Positions 9,575-19,816 are shown, numbered from the stretch's first letter. The stretch is 64,000 bases of DNA from Candidatus Binataceae bacterium (GCA_035493515.1 DATJID010000058.1:1201-65200), one strand, 5' to 3'. A program made the numbers and translations. The notes: a model not told the origin generated them from the sequence alone.

Positions 9575-10423
9575 ATGAACCGCTGGAAGATTGGCGACGT
9601 CACGATCACTCGGATCGTTGAGATGGAGACGACCTCGAAAGCCACCTTCGTGCTGAAAGAGGGTTCGCCGGAAAATATCCGCACCGTTCCATGGCTACGT
9701 CCGCACTTTGCCAATCCGGACGGCAAAGTGATCATGAGCGTGCACGCCTTCGTGATCGAATCGCCGGGCCATCGGATGGTCGTCGACACCTGCATCGGCA
9801 ACGACAAGCGCCGCGCGTTCCCCGGATGGAACATGCTGCAGCTGCCATTCCTAGCCGACCTGGAGAAGGCCGGCTTCGCGCGCAATTCGATCGACCGCGT
9901 GCTCTGCACTCATCTGCACGTCGATCATGTCGGTTGGAACACGATGCTGGTCGAGGGCAAATGGACGCCGACCTTTCCGCACGCGCGCTATCTAATCGGG
10001 CGCACGGAGTGGGAGCATTGGTCGAAGACCGAGGAACCCGACACGCGTGAACTGCTCGACGACTCGGTGCGCCCGGTGTTTGACGCGGGTCTCGCGGACC
10101 TGGTCGAAAGCGACGCGCGCATCACGGATGAAATTCGCCTCGAGCCGACGCCCGGGCATACACCCGGCCATCACAGCGTGCGCATCTCCTCGCGCGGGCA
10201 GGAGGCGGTAATTACGGGCGATCTGATGCATCATCCGGTCCAGATGGCGCATCCGGAATGGGGCAGCCATTTCGACTCCGACTTCGAAGCCGCGATCGCG
10301 ACGCGGCGCGCGTTCCTGGAGCGCTATGGCGACCGGCCGATCCTGGTGCTGGGTACGCATTTCGCCACACCGAGCGCAGGCCGAATCGTGCGCGACGGCA
10401 ACGCCTGGCGGCTCGAAATCTAG
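9575..10423 (+). CDS. MBL-fold metallo-hydrolase
   Basis: THLHVDHVGW (HxHxDH), a later TPGHTPGH, and GGAGG 7 nt upstream of the ATG. Confidence 0.85.
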   Translation: MNRWKIGDVTITRIVEMETTSKATFVLKEGSPENIRTVPWLRPHFANPDGKVIMSVHAFVIESPGHRMVVDTCIGNDKRRAFPGWNMLQLPFLADLEKAGFARNSIDRVLCTHLHVDHVGWNTMLVEGKWTPTFPHARYLIGRTEWEHWSKTEEPDTRELLDDSVRPVFDAGLADLVESDARITDEIRLEPTPGHTPGHHSVRISSRGQEAVITGDLMHHPVQMAHPEWGSHFDSDFEAAIATRRAFLERYGDRPILVLGTHFATPSAGRIVRDGNAWRLEI

Positions 10424-10436
10424 CCGCGTTTTGATT

Positions 10437-10688
10437 TCAATCGGCCTGCTGGCCGCAGCCCTGTGGCTTGAAGACGCGCACCGTCGACGCAGGATTCCTG
10501 GCCAGCGTCGACGGCGGGCGAATCGGGCGCGGCGCCATGTTGCCGCCGCAATTGGGGCAGCGGCCGCTCAATTTATCGTTCACACATTCGCTGCAGAACG
10601 TACACTCGAACGAGCAGATCATCGCGTCCGCCGCTGCTGGCGGCAAATCCTTGTTACAGCATTCACAATTGGGCCGTAGCTCGAGCAT
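10437..10688 (-). CDS. DUF1272 zinc-ribbon-like protein
   Basis: MLELRPNCECCNKDLPPAAADAMICSFECTFCSECVNDKLSGRCPNCGGN is the characteristic DUF1272 Cys pattern. Internal ATG at 10688 with GGAGAGGG upstream. Confidence 0.75.
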   Translation of the reverse strand: MLELRPNCECCNKDLPPAAADAMICSFECTFCSECVNDKLSGRCPNCGGNMAPRPIRPPSTLARNPASTVRVFKPQGCGQQAD

Positions 10689-10895
10689 TTTACCCTCTCC
10701 TTGAAAATCTGGTTTCGACGCTTCCTCAACGCTCCCGAGCTTAACAGAGGTCCTTGCGGCACTGCACAATTTTGTTTGCCTTAAGCCTGTACCGGGCGGA
10801 CTAGTGAGGATGAACATCGGGCCACAACTGAGCCAGGGAGGGAGCCGGTAGTATCAAATCAGTTTAACGATCGGTCAACTCACGGAGGACAGTGT

Positions 10896-11267
10896 ATGGC
10901 GACGGGAAAAGCGATAGGTGAATTCTCGATGAAGGCCATCACGGCAAGCTACACGCCTGGGCCTGCGGGAAACGTTCTCAGCCACGTGAACTGGGAAGGG
11001 ACCGCGACCGGATTCGGCGCGGTCTTCGGCACGGCCACTTACGCCGGCGGCCCCAAGGGCGGCAGCTATAGCTGGTGCGCGACAGCATACCTGGACGACG
11101 GAGACGTCCAAACAGGCATAGGCCCCGGCACCTACGAGACTATCGGCAAGCACCGCTGGCGCACCGCGGGCTACATACAGCTCTCCGACGGACGCAGAGT
11201 CGGCGGCGAGGGCGAGATGGACCTTGCCTCGCGTACCTGGAAGGGGAAGATCTTCGAACTCAGCTGA
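10896..11267 (+). CDS. Hypothetical 123-aa Gly-rich protein, no signal peptide
   Basis: ATG with GGAGGA upstream. It is followed by a GC hairpin terminator. I recognise no family. Confidence 0.55.
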   Translation: MATGKAIGEFSMKAITASYTPGPAGNVLSHVNWEGTATGFGAVFGTATYAGGPKGGSYSWCATAYLDDGDVQTGIGPGTYETIGKHRWRTAGYIQLSDGRRVGGEGEMDLASRTWKGKIFELS

Positions 11268-11290
11268 GCCCGGGCGCCGACTGACCCGTC

Positions 11291-11320
11291 GCGGCGGCCG
11301 GAAGCGGCCGCCGCTTTCGC
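11291..11320 (+). terminator. Rho-independent terminator candidate
   Basis: GCGGCGGCC-ggaagc-GGCCGCCGC followed by TTTCGCC. Confidence 0.5.
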
Positions 11321-11393
11321 CCGGGGTGCACGTTTCGATAGCGTGCAGCGTACGGATAGGTTGTCGAACCGCCTATTCCGGGAGGAAGGTTCC

Positions 11394-12581
11394 ATGCCTG
11401 ACGCGGATGAAAGCGCAGCCCGAATCCTCGACGCCGCACGCGAGCTTAGGCCGAAAATCCGCGCGGCGGCCAACGAAATCGAACAAGGACGGCGATTGCC
11501 GCTGCCGCTGGTGCGCGAGATGCAACGCGCGGGCATCTTCAGGATGGCCATGCCGCGCGCGTGGGGCGGGCCCGAGTTGGATTTCCTCACGCAGATGCGG
11601 GTGATCGAAGAGTTGTCGATTGCCGATGGGTCGGTGGGTTGGTGCAGCATGATCGGGGTCGACGGCGGTTACATGACCTCGTACATCGACCAGGCCGTCG
11701 CGCGCGAAATGTATCGCGACCTTGACGCGGTGACGGCAATCACCTTTGCCCCGCCCGGCAAGGCCGTGAAAACCCGGGACGGCTACGTCGCCAGCGGCAG
11801 ATGGCCGTTCGGGAGCGGCTGCCAGCACGCAACCTGGCTGATCGGTCATTTCCTGATCTTTGACGGCGATTCGCCGCGCCTCATGCTTAACGGCCTCCCC
11901 GAAACCCGTTTCGGGTTTTTGCCCGCCGAGCAATGCGAAATCCTTGATACGTGGCACACCAATGGCCTGCGCGGAAGCGGCAGCCACGACTGGACGGTCA
12001 AGGACCGTTTCATCCCCGAGGAGCGGACTTTCAACCTGGCCGCGCCCAACATCTATCGGCAGGGCCCCCTTTACGCGCTGCCTAACTTGTTGATCTACAA
12101 AGTATCAGCGGTGGCCCTTGGAATTGCGCGCGGCGCGATCGAAGAATTCATCGCGATGGCTTCGAACAAGCCCTTAACTTTCAAATCTCCGACGGCGGGC
12201 AAGGCCGCGATGCTGCGCGACGAGACTTACGTTCAGTGCACGGTCGCTCAGGCCGAAGCGTTGGTGAGCTCCGCCCGCGGCTTCGTCTTCGAGGCTTTTG
12301 GCGATATGTGGAACACGATGGCGGCCGGCGATCCTCCCTCGCTCAAGCAGCGCGCCCGCGGCCGGCTCGCGATGGCTCATACGAGCGCCGTATGCCTGCA
12401 GGCGGTTGAACTCCTCTACAAAGCCAACGGAGGATCGTCCGTATACGCCGGCCACCCGTTCGATCGCCGCTTGCGCGATATGCAGACCGCCAACCAGCAC
12501 ACTGTGGTGTCGCTCAAGACCTGGGAAGTGGCCGGGCGCGTGCTGCTGGGACTCGAGCATAACTACGGCCTGCTGTTCTGA
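11394..12581 (+). CDS. Acyl-CoA dehydrogenase-fold flavoenzyme (two-component monooxygenase/ACAD-like)
   Basis: ILDAARELRPKIRAAANEIEQGRRLPLPLVREMQRAGIFRMAMPRAWGGPE, GSGCQHATWL and GLRGSGSHDW are typical of HpaB-C2/HsaA-like ACAD-fold oxygenases. GGAGGAAGG lies upstream of the ATG at 11394. Confidence 0.8.
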   Translation: MPDADESAARILDAARELRPKIRAAANEIEQGRRLPLPLVREMQRAGIFRMAMPRAWGGPELDFLTQMRVIEELSIADGSVGWCSMIGVDGGYMTSYIDQAVAREMYRDLDAVTAITFAPPGKAVKTRDGYVASGRWPFGSGCQHATWLIGHFLIFDGDSPRLMLNGLPETRFGFLPAEQCEILDTWHTNGLRGSGSHDWTVKDRFIPEERTFNLAAPNIYRQGPLYALPNLLIYKVSAVALGIARGAIEEFIAMASNKPLTFKSPTAGKAAMLRDETYVQCTVAQAEALVSSARGFVFEAFGDMWNTMAAGDPPSLKQRARGRLAMAHTSAVCLQAVELLYKANGGSSVYAGHPFDRRLRDMQTANQHTVVSLKTWEVAGRVLLGLEHNYGLLF

Positions 12582-12677
12582 TCCGGCCTGATCCGCTCGC
12601 AGCGGGTGACTTCTGCGCGGATTTTCGCTATTGCCGTCGCTGAACGTGCGATCGCACCCTCAAGGAGCGGACCTCCG

Positions 12678-13040
12678 ATGGCCGACACTCATGGCGCTTC
12701 AGCCGACCGCAACCGGATTGCCTTTGCCAGGTGGGACCAGCGGATGCGCGAGTCGCTCCGCCCATTGCTTACCAAAAAAATAATCGCCGAGCACAAACGC
12801 GACCCGGCCGGCATTCACAGCGACGCGCTCGACCGCATACTCAACTACTTCCGCCGCCCTAATCTGCTCGACCAATACGTAATCGTCTGCACTCGGCCGT
12901 TCAAACAATGGCGAGTCGCGCGGATGACCGGCGTTCCCGGTCAGGCGCCGGTGTTCGTCGGCGAGCGCAGTTACAACACGGAAGCCAGGGCGGCACACGC
13001 CGTTTTCCTGCTGCGCGTCGAACAGATGATGCGCGACTAG
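12678..13040 (+). CDS. Small protein, candidate small (alpha) subunit of an N,N-dimethylformamidase-like amidase
   Basis: 120 aa, placed 41 nt upstream of the large-subunit homologue, as in dmfA1-dmfA2. The call rests on position and size only. Start at an internal ATG with AGGAGCGGA upstream. Confidence 0.45.
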   Translation: MADTHGASADRNRIAFARWDQRMRESLRPLLTKKIIAEHKRDPAGIHSDALDRILNYFRRPNLLDQYVIVCTRPFKQWRVARMTGVPGQAPVFVGERSYNTEARAAHAVFLLRVEQMMRD

Positions 13041-13081
13041 CAACCTCGCCTGCATCCGCGATCCGAACGGAGACCACCGGC

Positions 13082-15364
13082 ATGGCAAAAAAGTACATTA
13101 ACGGATACAGCGATCAGATTAGCGTCAGACCCGGCGACCGAATCCGCTTCATGGTGAGCGTTGAAGGCGCCAGCCGCTATCGCGCCGAGATCGTCCGCCT
13201 GATCAACGGCGACGCCAACCCTGCCGGGCCCGGCCCCAAAGAGGAAGTGATCGCGACGCCGGCCAATGGCGAATATCCGGGCCGCCTGCAGCCAACTTAC
13301 AGCGGTTCGCATATCGTCGTGGACGATCCAGGCGCGCTCCTGAATATCGGACAGTCGATTACGGTTCACGCCTTCATCATGCCGACCACTCCGGCCAAGG
13401 GCGTGCAGGGAATCATCACGCGATGCGATCCGGAGCGGCGGATGGGCTGGGCGCTGGTGATCGATGAGCAACAACGGCTCGCATTATGGCTCGGCGACGG
13501 GGCGGGGCATCTGGTGCAAACGGCCGCACCGGAGCGATTGAAGGCGGGCCTTTGGTACTCGGCCGGCGCGAGCTACGACGGCGCCACCGGGCGCACGATC
13601 GTGCACCTGGCACCGGTGCACAACGCCGTCAATTCGCTGGTCGGGCGGGTCGCGCTGCTGCCGCCGGCGTGCATGCACGCGGCGACCGCCGAGCCGGTCA
13701 ACTTCCACTCGCAAGCGTCGGCTGTGATCGCCGGATGGGCGGCCGGCACGGCTGCCTCAGGAGCCATCATCGTGGGCGGCCACTACAACGGCAAAATCGA
13801 TCGCCCGCGCGTTTACGGGCATGCGCTCGGCGGAGCGCAACTTGACGAACTAGCCGGGGGACGCGAACCGGACAGCCGCGGCCTGATCGCGCGATGGGAC
13901 TTCGCCGACGGGATCGGCCCCGATGGTATCCCGACCGACCGCGTCACCGACGCTTCGGGCAACGACCTGCACGGACGATGCGTCAACGCGCCCGCGCGCG
14001 CGATGACCGGTCACAATTGGACCAGCCGCGAGGAACATTTCATCCACGCCCCGGCCGAGTACGGCGCAATCCATTTTCACGACGACGACCTCGAGGACGC
14101 CGGGTGGGAAATGGATTTTGAACTGCTGGTTCCGGACACGATGCGCTCCGACGTTTACGCGGCGAAGGTGAGCGCCGGCGACGCGACCGACTACATCCCG
14201 TTTGTCGTGCGCGCTCCAGCGAGCGGTCCCACCGCGAAGATCGCATTCCTGGTGCCTACCGCCTCGTACCTCGCCTACTCCAACGAGCACCTGAGCTTCG
14301 GCCAGGGCACGCAGGCGATCGTCGGTCACACGACGGTGCTGGGACCCGACGACATCCACTTGTACGAGCATCCGGAATTCGGACTCTCCACTTACGATCA
14401 TCATTCCGACGGCAGCGGCGTATGCTACGTGTCGCGGCTGCGGCCGATTCCCAACATGCGGCCGCATCATCGCTTCGGTGGAACGCTGTGGGGCCTGGCG
14501 GCGGACCTTCATCTTGTCGATTGGCTAAACACCAAGGGTTTTCGTTACGACGTCATCACCGACGAGGACTTGCATCGCGAAGGGGCGGCGCTGCTTCGCG
14601 GCTATAACGTAATACTCACTGGAACGCATCCCGAATACTATTCATCCGCGATGCTGGATGGCATGGAGAGCTACCTGACCTCGGGCGGGCGGCTGATGTA
14701 TCTCGGCGGCAACGGTTTCTATTGGATTACCTCGTATCATCCGCAAAAGCCGCATCTGGTCGAAGTGCGCAAGGCCGAGGGCGGATCGGGCGCCTGGGAG
14801 GCGCAGCCCGGCGAGTATTTTCACAGCACCACCGGCGAACGCGGCGGTGTCTGGCGAAGCCGTGCACGGGCTCCCCAGAAATTGGTCGGCGTCGGCTTCG
14901 CGGCGCAGGGCTTCGACCGTTCATCGTACTTTCGCCGGATGCCCGACAGCCTGGACGAAAACGCGCGCTTCATTTTCGCCGGTGTCGGCGAAGACGAACT
15001 GCTGGGCGACTTCGGGCTGGTTGGCGGCGGCGCCGCCGGACACGAACTCGATCGCTACGACCTGACACTCGGCACACCGCCCAACGCGATGCTGGTCGCG
15101 AGTTCGGAAGGCCACAGCGACAATTATCTGCGCGTCGCCGAGGAGCTTGCGTTTAACTACCCGGGCACGGGCGGCAGGCAGGACTGGGGCGTCCGCGGCG
15201 ACATCGTCTACTTTCCCACGGCGGGCGGCGGCGCGGTTTTTTCGGCCAGCTCGATCGCGTGGTGCGGAAGCCTCTCGCACAATAACTACGACAACAACAT
15301 CTCGCGCATCACGGCCAACGTGCTGGAGCGCTTCGCCAGCGAAGAGCGTCCACCCGGCGCGTAA
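13082..15364 (+). CDS. N,N-dimethylformamidase large (beta) subunit family protein
   Basis: 760 aa from the internal ATG at 13082. MAKKYINGYSDQISVRPGDRIRFMVS..., RLINGDANPAGPG, and a later HPEYYS...GGRLMYLGGNGFYW block typical of this family. Confidence 0.7.
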   Translation: MAKKYINGYSDQISVRPGDRIRFMVSVEGASRYRAEIVRLINGDANPAGPGPKEEVIATPANGEYPGRLQPTYSGSHIVVDDPGALLNIGQSITVHAFIMPTTPAKGVQGIITRCDPERRMGWALVIDEQQRLALWLGDGAGHLVQTAAPERLKAGLWYSAGASYDGATGRTIVHLAPVHNAVNSLVGRVALLPPACMHAATAEPVNFHSQASAVIAGWAAGTAASGAIIVGGHYNGKIDRPRVYGHALGGAQLDELAGGREPDSRGLIARWDFADGIGPDGIPTDRVTDASGNDLHGRCVNAPARAMTGHNWTSREEHFIHAPAEYGAIHFHDDDLEDAGWEMDFELLVPDTMRSDVYAAKVSAGDATDYIPFVVRAPASGPTAKIAFLVPTASYLAYSNEHLSFGQGTQAIVGHTTVLGPDDIHLYEHPEFGLSTYDHHSDGSGVCYVSRLRPIPNMRPHHRFGGTLWGLAADLHLVDWLNTKGFRYDVITDEDLHREGAALLRGYNVILTGTHPEYYSSAMLDGMESYLTSGGRLMYLGGNGFYWITSYHPQKPHLVEVRKAEGGSGAWEAQPGEYFHSTTGERGGVWRSRARAPQKLVGVGFAAQGFDRSSYFRRMPDSLDENARFIFAGVGEDELLGDFGLVGGGAAGHELDRYDLTLGTPPNAMLVASSEGHSDNYLRVAEELAFNYPGTGGRQDWGVRGDIVYFPTAGGGAVFSASSIAWCGSLSHNNYDNNISRITANVLERFASEERPPGA

Positions 15365-15392
15365 CGCAACCACGAGCGAGTGCCAGCGTTCG

Positions 15393-16184
15393 ATGAGGAA
15401 GCAGGTCGCCACCGTCGCCGAACTATGGCGCTATCCGGTCAAGTCGATGCGCGGCGAGCGACTGGATGAAATGGTGCTGACCGAGCGCGGCCCCGTGGGC
15501 GACCGGCTCTATGCGATGCGCGAGCTCCAGTATGGATCGATCATGAGCGCGCGAATCTGGGCCGCGATGCTTCAGTTGCGCGCCGTATGCGAACGCCCTC
15601 CGGCTGATGGCGCCCCGGCTCGCGTGCGAATCGAGTTCCCTAACGGCGCGGAGATTTACGCCGATGATCCCGGCGTCGACGACGCCCTCACGTCGTTGTT
15701 CAGCCATCCGGTGCGCCTCGAGCGTCCGCGCGGCGACACGCCGCTCACGATGGCCGAGATCGACGAGATAACCAAGGGCCGCGCCTTCTTTCCCCCGCGC
15801 GATTTATACGACGAGGACGTTGTGCACGTGCTCGCGAGCGGCACGCTGCAACATTTGCGCCGGCTCTGCCCGTCCGATTTCGACCTGCGGCGTTTTCGTC
15901 CCAACATCTACGTCGATAGCGGCCCCGCGTCCGAGGGCTTCGTCGAGGACGGATGGCTCGGCGGCGAACTCGAGATCGGTGACGGCGGCGCGCGAATCGT
16001 CAGGATGCGTCCGGCGCTCCGCTGCGCGATGACTATCCATCCGCAGAACGAGCTTCGTGCGGACCCGGCTGTTCTACGCACGGCCGCGCAGCATCACGGC
16101 GCGTATGTCGGCCTGTTCGCCGCGGTCGGCGCACCCGGCCGCATCCGTGTCGGCGATCCGGTAATGCAGGTGAGAGAGGCTTAG
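15393..16184 (+). CDS. MOSC domain-containing protein
   Basis: VAELWRYPVKSMRGERLDE (MOSC_N beta-barrel start) and FRPNIYVD...CAMT. Confidence 0.8.
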   Translation: MRKQVATVAELWRYPVKSMRGERLDEMVLTERGPVGDRLYAMRELQYGSIMSARIWAAMLQLRAVCERPPADGAPARVRIEFPNGAEIYADDPGVDDALTSLFSHPVRLERPRGDTPLTMAEIDEITKGRAFFPPRDLYDEDVVHVLASGTLQHLRRLCPSDFDLRRFRPNIYVDSGPASEGFVEDGWLGGELEIGDGGARIVRMRPALRCAMTIHPQNELRADPAVLRTAAQHHGAYVGLFAAVGAPGRIRVGDPVMQVREA

Positions 16185-16394
16185 TGCTACCGCGAGCCAC
16201 CAGGATGGGGGCTTAGCTATTGATTGCCACCTCTTGAACGCGGCTAAGACAGCTTGATTTTTGTTGCATACCGGAAACGATCGAAATTAGGTTAAGAATC
16301 GCTGCTTGCCCCGGAGGCTGTCCATCCTTAATCGGATCAAGACCGATTGTCGCTCTGGAGACGCGAGCGTCGCATCGGCCGACAGGAGGAGGCA

Positions 16395-17693
16395 ATGAGA
16401 GCCAGGTTATTCACACCCGCGATTCTCTGTGCCGTCGCGATTACTTTGATGACAACTGCCTGGGCCCAAGCGCCAGCTCCGCTCGCCGCGCCCAAGGCGC
16501 AGAACCAGATCGGCTTTCCCGCCAAGCTCTATTCGTGGGTAATTCCGCCAGATAATCCGCAGACCCCTGCGAAGGTCGAGCTTGGCCGCAAGCTCTTCTT
16601 CGACGATCGTCTCTCGGCCGACGGCACCGTGTCGTGCGATCAATGCCATGCGCCCGCCAAGGGCTTCACCGATCAGCTTCCGGCCTCGATGGGTATTCAT
16701 CACGCGTTCGGACAGCGCAACGCCCCGACTGTTTTGAACGCCCTGTTCAACACGCTCCAGTTCTGGGACGGCCGCGCACCCACGCTGGAGAAGCAGATCG
16801 AAGGTCCGATCCTCAACCCTGTCGAGATGGGAAATAAGAGCTTTGACGACGTGGTCGCGAAAGTGAAAGCGTTTCCCGAATACCAGCAGTCATTCCAGAC
16901 GGTGTTCAACGGCGCCATCACGATGGACAATATCGAGAAAGCCATCGCGGCCTACGAGCGCACCCAGACCGCCTTCGATACGCCCTTCGACCGCTTTATG
17001 GCGGGCGACCAGAAGGCGATAAATGCCAGCGCCAAACGCGGATGGTCGCTGTTCAACGGCAAGGGCCGCTGCATGAGCTGCCACGGATGGAACCCGACGC
17101 AACCCCTGTTCACCGACAATCGCTTCCATAATATCGGCGTATCGGCGCACAAGTCGGACTTCGTTCCGTTGGCGCGCAAAGCATTGGTATTGACCTCGCA
17201 AGGAGGCGGCGGGTTGCAGCAACTCGACCAACTGGCAATCCAGTCCGATATGAGCGGGCTCGGCCGCTTCCTGGTAACCAAACAGCCACACGATATCGGC
17301 GGCTTCCGCACAATGGGTTTGCGCAACCTTCTGGTGACTGAGCCCTACTTTCATGACGGTTCGCAGCAAACCCTTTGGGACGTGCTGGACCATTACAACA
17401 AAGGCGGCGTACAGAATCCTTATCTCGATGGCGGCCTGCTTCCGCTCGGACTCAGCGAGTCCGAAGAAGATGATGTGATTGCTTTCCTCGCGACCCTGAC
17501 GAGCCCGGAATACGCAGGCGTCTCGAACGAGGAGCTCGAAAAGCAGCGCGCACGGTCCAAGACCGACCGTCCGCAGCGGGACGAGGCGGCCGCTATGGGC
17601 AGAGCCGGTCTCGGTCCCGGTTTCAAGGGACCGTTCGGCGATATGACGCCGGCACAGAACGAAGAGAATCCCGCCTCACTAGGCGGCAACTGA
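16395..17693 (+). CDS. Di-haem cytochrome c peroxidase / MauG family protein
   Basis: Signal peptide. Two CXXCH motifs (CDQCH, CMSCH). GQRNAPTVLNA, FWDGRA and PYFHDGS blocks. Confidence 0.9.
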   Translation: MRARLFTPAILCAVAITLMTTAWAQAPAPLAAPKAQNQIGFPAKLYSWVIPPDNPQTPAKVELGRKLFFDDRLSADGTVSCDQCHAPAKGFTDQLPASMGIHHAFGQRNAPTVLNALFNTLQFWDGRAPTLEKQIEGPILNPVEMGNKSFDDVVAKVKAFPEYQQSFQTVFNGAITMDNIEKAIAAYERTQTAFDTPFDRFMAGDQKAINASAKRGWSLFNGKGRCMSCHGWNPTQPLFTDNRFHNIGVSAHKSDFVPLARKALVLTSQGGGGLQQLDQLAIQSDMSGLGRFLVTKQPHDIGGFRTMGLRNLLVTEPYFHDGSQQTLWDVLDHYNKGGVQNPYLDGGLLPLGLSESEEDDVIAFLATLTSPEYAGVSNEELEKQRARSKTDRPQRDEAAAMGRAGLGPGFKGPFGDMTPAQNEENPASLGGN

Positions 17694-17715
17694 CAACATT
17701 CAAAGGAAGTAGGCC

Positions 17716-18864
17716 ATGGCGGCACGGCACAAGAGCGTCGAAACCAAGTACATGGAAGATCGCGATAAGGTGCTGCGCGGACTGCGGCGGCTCGATCGCC
17801 GCACCTTCCTGAAGGTCCTTGGCGCGAGTGCGGGCGCCGTGATGGCCAAGGGTCTGATGCCGCCGCAGACCTTTCAGCTGGTCAACGTCGCCGACGCGTC
17901 CGTGGACAAGAACGCGAGCGCGACTGGCGCGCCGGGCACGGCGCCATTTACCTTCGCCTACATCTCCGACACGCACATGTATGTGCGCACGCTCAACCAG
18001 CGCTTCGTCAAAGGCGCGGTCAAGGCGGTCGAGGACGTGAACGCGCTCGATCCGCAGCCCGATTTCGTTCTGTTCGGCGGCGACCTGGCGCAAACGGGAC
18101 GTCCCGACGAGTTGGAGCAAGGCAAGGGCGTGCTCTCGATGCTCAAAGCGCCGGTCAAGATGATGGTTGGTGAGCATGACTGGTTTTACGATATGGGCGA
18201 GAAATGGCAGGAGCTGTTCGGGCCGCCCAACTACTCATTCGATTGGAAGGGCGTTCACGTAATCGTCCTGATGAGCGTGCATGAGAAGGATTTCTGGACC
18301 GCACGCAAGCTGACGCCGGCGGAGCGAATGGATATCGTCGCGGGATTGGATAATCCGATCCAGTCGCGCTTTGAAGTGGGGGACAAACAGCGCGAATGGC
18401 TCAGAGGCGATCTCGCCAAGGTGCCGGCCACTACGCCGCTGCTCGTGTTCTCGCACTCGCCGCTCTACAAATACTACCGCAACTGGAATTTCTGGACCGA
18501 GGACGCCGACCAGGTGCAGGCGCTGCTCAAGCCTTACCGCAATGTCACCGTAATCCATGGCCATACGCATCAGATGCTCTTCAACCAGATCGACAACATC
18601 AGTTTCTACGGGATGCTATCGACCGCATGGCCGTGGCCATACGCGCCCCAAGGCCTGCCGCCGCTCACCGTGCAGATGAACCGCGCCGATCCGTACGATC
18701 AGCTCGACGGTCTCGGTGATGGCCAGGTCGACGTCAACAAGGACGGACTGGCTGACATGGTCTATAACCTGTGGGACCGCAACCCGGTTACCGTGCCCGC
18801 GCAATACCTGCGATCGCGGGGTAACGTCGATCGCCCGCCTGCGCCGCAGTTCGCGAGCTACTGA
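17716..18864 (+). CDS. TAT-exported metallophosphoesterase
   Basis: Twin-arginine leader RRLDRRTFLKVLGASAGAVMA. Calcineurin-like motifs ISDTHM, GGDLAQTG and VIHGHTH. Confidence 0.8.
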   Translation: MAARHKSVETKYMEDRDKVLRGLRRLDRRTFLKVLGASAGAVMAKGLMPPQTFQLVNVADASVDKNASATGAPGTAPFTFAYISDTHMYVRTLNQRFVKGAVKAVEDVNALDPQPDFVLFGGDLAQTGRPDELEQGKGVLSMLKAPVKMMVGEHDWFYDMGEKWQELFGPPNYSFDWKGVHVIVLMSVHEKDFWTARKLTPAERMDIVAGLDNPIQSRFEVGDKQREWLRGDLAKVPATTPLLVFSHSPLYKYYRNWNFWTEDADQVQALLKPYRNVTVIHGHTHQMLFNQIDNISFYGMLSTAWPWPYAPQGLPPLTVQMNRADPYDQLDGLGDGQVDVNKDGLADMVYNLWDRNPVTVPAQYLRSRGNVDRPPAPQFASY

Positions 18865-18909
18865 TCGCCAAACGATACTCGACAGCGGTTCTCATTCGAC
18901 GAGGCGACA

Positions 18910-19662
18910 ATGATCTCCAAGCGCATAATCATCCTGATGTTGGGAGCCACGACCACGGCCGCCGGCTTCGCAATTCGCAGTGCGCTTTCATACGCGCAGC
19001 AAACGGCTGCTCACGACGTTCCCGCGGCGCAGGCCGGCGGCACGGTCGTGATGCTCTGCGACGGCAAGACCAGTATCGAGGTCAAGCACCTACAGCCCGG
19101 ACAAAAGATGTCGCGCGCGCAGGCCCAGGCTGTGAGTGACGAGTTGATGGCCAAGTGGAAGGGCGATCATCCCGGCGACCGCTGGGAAGTCGCACAGTCG
19201 TCGCCGGCAACCGATAGTCCGATTGCGACGCCTGGTGGCGAGACTTTCCATGGGGAAAAGGCGCTTGGCAACGCACCCACGGCGGCCCCTTCGCTGGCGG
19301 TACAGCAAGGAGACACGTACGCGAGCTTTCAGCCTCGCGACTACAAGGTCTGGAAAGCCGAGACCGACAAGTTCGTCGCCGAGGGCAAACGCGTTTTTCA
19401 CGATGCCAAGGCGCTCGGCAGCACTATCGGAATAAGTTGCGACATGTGCCATCCGGACGCCGCCAATACCCATCCCGAAACTTATCCCAAGTACCAGGTC
19501 CAGCTTCAGCGGGTCGCGTTACTGCGAGATATGATCGACTGGTGCATCGAGAATCCAGTCAAGGGCAAGGCGCTGGACCCCAATGACCCGAAGCTGCGGG
19601 CGCTCGAAGCCTACATCTACGCTCAGCGCAAGGGCGCGCCGCTCGAATACGGCAAGCATTGA
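18910..19662 (+). CDS. Periplasmic mono-haem c-type cytochrome family protein
   Basis: Sec signal peptide and a single CDMCH haem motif in the C-terminal domain. Confidence 0.65.
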   Translation: MISKRIIILMLGATTTAAGFAIRSALSYAQQTAAHDVPAAQAGGTVVMLCDGKTSIEVKHLQPGQKMSRAQAQAVSDELMAKWKGDHPGDRWEVAQSSPATDSPIATPGGETFHGEKALGNAPTAAPSLAVQQGDTYASFQPRDYKVWKAETDKFVAEGKRVFHDAKALGSTIGISCDMCHPDAANTHPETYPKYQVQLQRVALLRDMIDWCIENPVKGKALDPNDPKLRALEAYIYAQRKGAPLEYGKH

Positions 19663-19816
19663 GCTGTGAACTCCGGCCGGTCGCGAGCACTTGCAGGTGT
19701 GCGAGGCTAAGACGTCCGGGCCATGATTCCAACCAGCCGCTCGCCGTCCGGTGAGCTCGGCCGGCAGGAGCGGAGCAGCGGTAGGGTTCGTACAGAGGGC
19801 CCCGCTCACAGTGAAC

